Assembly: GCA_043826455.1 (NCBI GenBank)
Contig: JBDRQD010000071.1
Coordinates: 1-22,921 of the forward strand
Reading direction: 5' to 3'
Length of the DNA stretch: 22,921 nt
DNA from: Candidatus Bathyarchaeota archaeon
GTDB taxonomy: Archaea; Thermoproteota; Bathyarchaeia; TCS64
In this document: piece after piece, positions 16,062-22,921 of the stretch
How positions within the stretch are numbered: position 1 is the first letter of the stretch
Layout of the letters: each line of letters begins with the position of its first letter
Program-made: the position numbers and the translations under genes
The notes under the pieces: model-generated
The model's input: only the letters and a program-made list of their open reading frames with translations
Databases searched by the model: none
Told to the model about the DNA's origin: nothing

Positions 16062-16607
16062 TCACCTGCACCCCAGGTATTCGGCCACCACGTTTTTAAG
16101 GATTCGCGAGACCGCGGCGGCGTCGAAGACACCCGTGTTCACCACCAGGTCGTAGACGCTCAGGTCGTCCAGGTCCACGCCGTAGAACTCCCTGAACCGC
16201 ACCAGCTCGTTGGCCTCCCTGAACCGGGTCTCCTCCAGCACCTCGGCTGTGGGCCTGCCCTCCCTCTCAGCTATGCGCCTGACCCGCTCCTCCAGGGGGC
16301 AGGACAGGTAAATGCGGAGGTCGGCCCCATCGGACATCCAGCCGCTGAGGGTGGCGTCTATGACCACCCCACCCCTCGCAGCCTCCTCCCTGGTACGCCT
16401 GTCCAGGTAGTTATCGAAGTCCCGGTCATCTGACGCCCTCCTGCTGGCCTCCTCCAGGGTGAGGCCCAGCTCCCGGGCCCTCTCCCTGAAAAGGGTGCCC
16501 GCGGAGACGTAGCGGAGGCCCAGCTCCTCGGACAGCAGCTTGGCCTGGGTGCTGCGGCCCGAGCCGTGGGGCCCCGCCACCGTCACCACAAGCCTCTTGG
16601 GGTCCAA
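16062..16607 (-). CDS. cmk: Cytidylate kinase (archaeal type)
   Basis: VTVAGPHGSGRST, YVSAG.LFRE.A, RV.RIA.RE, RF.EFYG.D..DLS.YDLV.NT. Canonical position upstream of rpl14e. TTG start right after the DUF106 stop; the ORF-track extension to 16787 overlaps DUF106. Confidence 0.9.
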   Translation of the reverse strand: MDPKRLVVTVAGPHGSGRSTQAKLLSEELGLRYVSAGTLFRERARELGLTLEEASRRASDDRDFDNYLDRRTREEAARGGVVIDATLSGWMSDGADLRIYLSCPLEERVRRIAEREGRPTAEVLEETRFREANELVRFREFYGVDLDDLSVYDLVVNTGVFDAAAVSRILKNVVAEYLGCR

Positions 16608-16609
16608 CT

Positions 16610-17113
16610 CTAGTCCTCTGGGTCTATCTCGAAGCTGAGACCGAACAGCCTGTTGAGGATGATGTTGAAGCTGAGGCTGCAGAGGAGGTACCAGCTGATG
16701 AAGCTGAACTCCTTGGGGACCCATGGGAACTCGAAGGGGAAGTAGGCCACCACTGTGTCCCCGAAGAACCTGCCCAGGGTCGGCCATATGAGCAGGAGGG
16801 GTATGGTGAAGAAGAGGCTGGACTTCATCCTGTCCATGCTGATCTTGCTCTGCTGAGCCATGAGCTCCTGCTGCCGTGTCTGGGCCTTGCTGATGCGCCT
16901 CTGGTTGCCACTCTTGGTGGCGTCCATGAGCTCACTCCTCACCCTGTGGCTTTCGATGGTCAGCTTCTTGTAGGCGTCCAGGTCCATGCTGCGGACGCCT
17001 ATGAAGCTGGTGGTGATGCCCAGCGCGAATGATATGACCATGATGGCGAAGGGCGCGTAAGGCGGCGACGCGAACTGGCTCAACTCCAGTGCAGCTTGGC
17101 TCAGATAGATCAT
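16610..17113 (-). CDS. EMC3/TMCO1 (DUF106) Oxa1-superfamily membrane insertase-like protein
   Basis: TM, coiled-coil, TM, TM layout with a C-terminal WYLLCS motif. Conserved archaeal context next to cmk. Confidence 0.85.
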   Translation of the reverse strand: MIYLSQAALELSQFASPPYAPFAIMVISFALGITTSFIGVRSMDLDAYKKLTIESHRVRSELMDATKSGNQRRISKAQTRQQELMAQQSKISMDRMKSSLFFTIPLLLIWPTLGRFFGDTVVAYFPFEFPWVPKEFSFISWYLLCSLSFNIILNRLFGLSFEIDPED

Positions 17114-17165
17114 CGTGATGGCACCTTGTCGTAGGTAAAAGAGCCATGGGTATAAAAAAGTGGTC

Positions 17166-18700
17166 CTATTCCTCCTCGGTGAGGAGCTGGCAGAACCGTC
17201 TCCAGCTGAGGCAGATGGTTTTGGGGTGAGCCGCCTTGGCCTCGTCCAGCTTAGATACCGCCGTGTTGTGGGGGGCGCTCAGCACCTCCTCGGGCCTGGA
17301 GTAGGCCAGGTCGTTGATCTCCTTCATGGCGCTTATGAAGGCGTTGAGGGCCTCCACCGGCTCCGACTCGGTGGGCTCGATCATCAGGGCCTCGGGCACT
17401 ATCATTGGGAAGTAGGTTGTGGGCGCGTGGAGGCCATAGTCCAGCAGCTTCTTGCTCACGTATAGGGCGCTGACGCCCGTGTCGTTCAGCATGGGGCCCG
17501 CGCTCAGCACGGCCTCGTGCTTCCTGGGCTTCATGGGGTCGTAGGTGAGCTCGTAGCCCTTGGCGTCCTTCAGCTTCCTGGCTATATAGTTGGCGTTGAG
17601 GACTGAGAGCTCGCTGCTCTCCTTCAGGCCCTCTCCGCCCATGGTCACCATGTATGTGTACGCCTTCAGGGCCACGTTAACGTTGCCGTGGAAGCCGTGG
17701 ATGTTGCCTATGGTCTTAGGCCTGTCCCAGTCCAGCCTGTACTTGCCGCCCTTCTCCACGATATCTGGGACGGGCAGGTACTCGGCAAGCACTTCCTTGA
17801 CGCCCACGGGGCCGCTGCCTGGGCCTCCGCCGCCGTGGGGCGTGCTGAAGGTCTTGTGGAGGTTGCTGTGGATGATGTCGAAGCCCATGTCCCCGGGGCG
17901 GCACCAGCCCATGATTGCGTTCAGGTTAGCCCCGTCGTAGTACATGAGGCCCCCCGCGTCGTGGATGACCTCACTGATCTCCTCTATCTGGTTCTCGAAG
18001 ACGCCGATGGTGTTGGGATTCGTGAGCATGAGCCCGGCTGTCTGGGGACCCACGGCGGCGTTCAGCGCCTCTAGGTCTACGCAGCCGTCGGGTCCGCTGG
18101 GTATCTCAACGGTCTTGAAGCCGGCCATGTGGGCCGACGCCGGGTTGGTGCCGTGGGCGCTGTCAGGGATCACTACCTCGGTGCGCTTATCTAGCTCGCC
18201 GCGGTCCTTGTGGTAAGCCCTCATGAGCATGATGCCTGTCCACTCGCCGTGGGCTCCGGCCGCGGGCTGCAGAGTGGCGTCGTCCATGCCGGTTATGTCC
18301 AGGAAGTAGCGTTTGAGGTTATACAGTATCTTCAGTGTCCCCTGGGTGGAGCCCTCGGTCTGCAGGGGGTGAAGGTTCAGTATCTTGGGGTGAGCCGCCA
18401 GAACCTCGTTGATGACGGGGTTGTACTTCATGGTGCAACTGCCCAGCGGGTAGATCTTGCCGCTGTTCACACCGTAGTTCATCTGGCTCAGATGGATGTA
18501 GTGGCGGAGTACCTGGATCTCGCTGACCTCCGGGAGGCCTGGGATGCTCTTCCTGAGCATGGTCTCGGGGACCAGGTCCAGGGGGTCCACTGAGCTGCTT
18601 ATCTCGGGCTCCACCGGCGGGATCAGGTATCCCACTCTGCCCTCGTTGCTGAGCTCGAAGATCAGGGGCTCCTTCCAGTCGGCCTGTCTAAAGTTCACGG

Positions 18701-18704
<4 letters not shown>
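17166..18704 (-). CDS. gcvPB: Glycine dehydrogenase (decarboxylating) subunit 2
   Basis: YPLGSCTMKYNP, QPAAGAHGE, SAHGTNPASA, YYDGANLNA, PLP-lysine NLHKTFSTPHGGGGPG, MIEPTESE. ATGA overlap with gcvPA. Confidence 0.97.
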
Positions 18705-20083
<1,379 letters not shown>

Positions 20084-20197
20084 ACCTGTTCCTCCAAATA
20101 TGATACTATTCCATGTGAGCCACCAATAGATAATTCTACCCCATCCGTGGGTGGACTTAAATCGAGGAAGTGTAACGTAGACCTACAGTGAGTCTAG

Positions 20198-20380
20198 ATG
20201 CCATCAGTGGAAATCGATCGCAGCGCGTGCATAAACTGTAAAACCTGTGTCTCCACGTGCCCCATGGGGGTGTATGAGGACCAGGAGGACCAGGTAGCAG
20301 TCGCCGCCCCACAAGAGTGTATAGCCTGCATGGGGTGCGTCGCGGCCTGCCCCGCCCAATGCATCACTGTTGTCGAGTAG
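20198..20380 (+). CDS. 2x[4Fe-4S] ferredoxin
   Basis: 60 aa with two CxxCxxCxxxCP motifs (CINCKTCVSTCP; CIACMGCVAACP). Confidence 0.95.
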   Translation: MPSVEIDRSACINCKTCVSTCPMGVYEDQEDQVAVAAPQECIACMGCVAACPAQCITVVE

Positions 20381-20416
20381 AACCTGTTTTAACTCTGCAA
20401 GCGGGACCTATTTTCC

Positions 20417-21625
20417 ATGGAGCTTAGAACCCGCGTCTCCAATTGGGTAGACGACAATAGTGACCAGTGCATCAAGTTTCTACAGGAGATGATCGCAATT
20501 CCCAGCCCGAGCCACGATGAGAAGCAGGTGGCCGAGTTCATAGCTTCCAGAATGAGGGAGTACGGCTACGATTCAGCAGTCGTCGACGGGCTCCACAACG
20601 CAATGGGGGTCATCAAAGGCGCGGGCGGGTGCAGAAGCCTCCTGTTCAACGGCCACATAGACCACGTGCCCGTGGGGCAGATGCCTGACCCCTACTCTGG
20701 CCGGGTGATGGACGGGTCCGCCTTCGGATACGAGGGCGAGGTGGTATACGGTAGGGCCGCGTCGGACATGAAGGCGGCTGTCGCGGCCATGGTCCTTGCG
20801 GGTAGAGCCCTCAAGGAGCTCGGGGTGAAACTCAAGGGAGACTACAAGGTGGCCGCGGTGGCTCAGGAGGAGACGGGAGGGGTAGGCACCATGTCCACCA
20901 TCGTGGACAGCCTGTTCCTGGCCGACGTTGTTCTGATCGGTGAAGCCACCAACATGCAGCTGGCCCTCGGCCACAGGGGTAGCATGAAATTCGGCGTCGT
21001 GGTTAAGGGCAGGAGCTGCCACGCCAGCGCCCCTGAGAGGGGCGTCAACGCCCTGTACAAGGCCGTGAAGATGATCCAGCGGATACAGGACGACCTGGTT
21101 CCCCGGCTGCCAACCCACCCCATTTATGGTCGCGTCAGCCTGGCGGTCACCCAGATTGATGTCACCCCCAAGGCCTCCAACGTGGTCCCTGAGCGCTGCC
21201 AGTTCTGGATCGACTGCAGAAACCACCCCGACTATCCGGCCGAGAAACTGTACGCCGATCTTAACAAGATGATCAGCGACCTGAGGGACGAGGACCCCGA
21301 GTTCGATGCCACGGTGCTGCCAACGCCTCTGATAAACGAGAGGACCTTCACAGGCTTCTACACGGACCCCGAGAAGCACCCTGTGGTAAAGGAGACTGCC
21401 AGCGCCATCAAGGAGATCTACAAGGCGCCCAGACAAGGGATCTGGACCTTCGCCACAGACGGCAGAATCTACTCCCACCTGGGCATACCCGTCATAGGCT
21501 TCGGTCCGGGGGAGGAGAAGTACGCCCACACCCAGGACGACCACGTGAGGGCCCAGGACTACCTAGACGCCGTGAAGGTGTACGCCTGGTTGGCGTGCAC
21601 TATTTGCGGCGTCTGCGAAAGCTGA
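20417..21625 (+). CDS. M20 family metallohydrolase (ArgE/DapE/YgeY-like)
   Basis: NGHIDHV, GRAASDMK, QEE, GEAT, G.SCHAS.PE.GVNA, TDG, GFGPG.E.YAH..D. Confidence 0.92.
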   Translation: MELRTRVSNWVDDNSDQCIKFLQEMIAIPSPSHDEKQVAEFIASRMREYGYDSAVVDGLHNAMGVIKGAGGCRSLLFNGHIDHVPVGQMPDPYSGRVMDGSAFGYEGEVVYGRAASDMKAAVAAMVLAGRALKELGVKLKGDYKVAAVAQEETGGVGTMSTIVDSLFLADVVLIGEATNMQLALGHRGSMKFGVVVKGRSCHASAPERGVNALYKAVKMIQRIQDDLVPRLPTHPIYGRVSLAVTQIDVTPKASNVVPERCQFWIDCRNHPDYPAEKLYADLNKMISDLRDEDPEFDATVLPTPLINERTFTGFYTDPEKHPVVKETASAIKEIYKAPRQGIWTFATDGRIYSHLGIPVIGFGPGEEKYAHTQDDHVRAQDYLDAVKVYAWLACTICGVCES

Positions 21626-21658
21626 TAAACCCAAGACAACATTCATCATTGAAGGGGC

Positions 21659-22051
21659 ATGTCGGAGCAGAGGTCAAAAGTAAAGGACCTGACCACATAC
21701 AGCAGAAGAGTGAACCTGGTGGCTAAGATTGTGGAGATGGGGGAGCCCCGGGAGGTCTCCAGCAGCAGCGACGGCCAGCTCCACCAGGTAACCGAAGCCC
21801 TCATAGGGGACGAGACGGGCTCCGTCCTCCTCACCCTGTGGGACGAGAACTCGACGAGGTTCAAATCAGGCGACGTGGTGGAGATAGATAACGGCTACGC
21901 CGGCACATTCAAGGGCCGGCTGCGGCTCAACATCGGTAGGTACGGCACAGTAGACAAGACCAGCAGCGACATTAAGGTTGTGGACACCGAGAACAATCTC
22001 AGCGAGAGAGAGTACAGGGACACCTACAGGGGAAGAGGCCGCAGATACTAG
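21659..22051 (+). CDS. ssb: Single-OB-fold single-stranded DNA-binding protein (crenarchaeal SSB/RPA-like)
   Basis: VKDL.....VN..AKIV..GEPREV, IGDETGS..LTLWD, GDVV.I.NGY...F.G.L.LNIGRYG, and an Arg/Gly-rich tail. Confidence 0.88.
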   Translation: MSEQRSKVKDLTTYSRRVNLVAKIVEMGEPREVSSSSDGQLHQVTEALIGDETGSVLLTLWDENSTRFKSGDVVEIDNGYAGTFKGRLRLNIGRYGTVDKTSSDIKVVDTENNLSEREYRDTYRGRGRRY

Positions 22052-22074
22052 CCCACCCTAATTGATCCAGAGGG

Positions 22075-22088
22075 TTTTGTTTTTCTTT
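22075..22088 (+). terminator. Oligo-T terminator after ssb
   Basis: TTTTGTTTTTCTTT about 25 bp after the stop codon. Confidence 0.5.
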
Positions 22089-22132
22089 GGTTTGGCAGCG
22101 GGTCTTGCCTGAGCTGGTGTCCCGTCTAATAA

Positions 22133-22478
22133 TGAAAATATTCTCCATTATACGATACCCCCCTACCTTTTTTTACACATCAGCCGCTAAATGGCGCTAT
22201 TCCTGATGCGTTAAAATGACCGTGTTTCTGTGTGGAATGGACGGCGTTTCTGCATAGAATGGAATCGATAAGGAGCGTTTCCAGGCCTCCTTTCTGCGTG
22301 GGGAGGCCGTTTCAGGTTCACATTGCTCTACCCCCTCCCCCCTCTATGGGGCAGAGTGCTGGCGTGTAGGATGATACGTGTATAGCCTAGTGTCCTTATA
22401 CCGTTCTAGAGGGTATAAGGCGGAAAAAATCTCCTACTTCACGCTTTCCCTTCGGCGAGACACCTCCTCGTCCTCGCT
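22133..22478 (+). repeat. Dispersed non-coding repeat element, copy B
   Basis: Collinear diverged match to the reverse complement of ~6555-6904 (see copy A). Contains the palindrome CCTTATACC-N9-GGTATAAGG at 22394-22420. Confidence 0.9.
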
Positions 22479-22641
22479 CATGAGCCGGGAAAACATGGAA
22501 AATCGTAGTCCTCTTGAGATTTACACCAAGCCCAAATCATTGACCAGGAAAACCTGATTTTCTGAGAACCACAACATTAACCTTAAAAATGCTTATTCTA
22601 GCCACAAGAAACAAGCTCTGGAACCCAAGAGATAAAGAGGG

Positions 22642-22921
22642 CTAGGCTCGGTAGACCACCTGACCGCCCACGATGGTCGTAAGCACACGGATGTCTTTGA
22701 TCTCCTCAACAGGACAAGAAAGTATGTCCCTGTCCAACACTATGAGATCAGCCAACTTACCAGGCTCCACACTTCCCAGCAGACCCTCATCCTTACCCAG
22801 GTAAGCCCCGTTCCAAGTATACACCCATAATGCGTCCATGACGCCTATAGCCTCCTCGGGCCCAACGACTCTACCGCTGCTCGTCCTCCGCGTCACAGCC
22901 TCATATATCTGCACGAAGGGG
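22642..22921 (-). CDS. Amidohydrolase_3 (YtcJ-like) metal-dependent hydrolase, C-terminal part (start lies beyond the window)
   Basis: AVTR......GPEEAI....AL..YT.NGAY......GS.EPGKLAD.IVLD.D......I....V..T..GG..VY is the typical YtcJ C-terminus. Confidence 0.88.
   Translation of the reverse strand, partial: PFVQIYEAVTRRTSSGRVVGPEEAIGVMDALWVYTWNGAYLGKDEGLLGSVEPGKLADLIVLDRDILSCPVEEIKDIRVLTTIVGGQVVYRA

Noticed and set aside
16608..16787. N-terminal extension of cmk in the ORF track (and 12983-13105 of trmB)
   Set aside because: The cmk extension overlaps DUF106 in another frame, and homology begins at the TTG at 16607. The trmB extension covers probable promoter DNA.
22218..22267. Mini-CRISPR array (GTTTC...GAAT repeats)
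   Set aside because: The units are only 22 bp apart with no room for spacers, the repeats are not identical, and no cas genes are present.
22284..22308. GGCCTCC-N11-GGAGGCC hairpin in copy B as a conserved RNA stem
   Set aside because: The equivalent region of copy A pairs only weakly. Two copies are insufficient to claim conserved structure.
22394..22420. Palindrome as an archaeal dif (Xer) site
   Set aside because: Known dif sites have TATAA-N6-TTATA polarity with 11-bp arms. Here the arms are in the opposite order (TTATA...TATAA) with different spacing.

Overview
GC-rich archaeal chromosomal segment. L14e, the DUF106/EMC3-cmk order, a single-OB-fold SSB, TrmB and a KaiC/RAD55 ATPase point to a TACK archaeon, plausibly Bathyarchaeia (inference). 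It carries about 23 protein genes: amino-acid/peptide catabolism (two M20 hydrolases, AstE/AspA deacylase, class V aminotransferase, gcvPA/gcvPB, amidohydrolase), transporters, rubrerythrin, ferredoxin, IleRS, a DUF106-cmk-rpl14e fragment and a TrmB/hypothetical/KaiC-like module. The most striking unexplained feature is a ~340-bp non-coding element present twice in inverted orientation (~6555-6904 and ~22133-22478). Each copy lies in a ~590-bp gap between convergent genes. The copies share collinear conserved blocks: a 22-bp-spaced GTTTCTG-N4-GAATGG tandem, a G-string and a CTTATACC/GGTATAAG palindrome followed by an A-tract, separated by diverged spacers. The IleRS also has a non-canonical GVHH/EMHKS active site. 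No rRNA, tRNA, CRISPR array, integrase or transposase was recognised.
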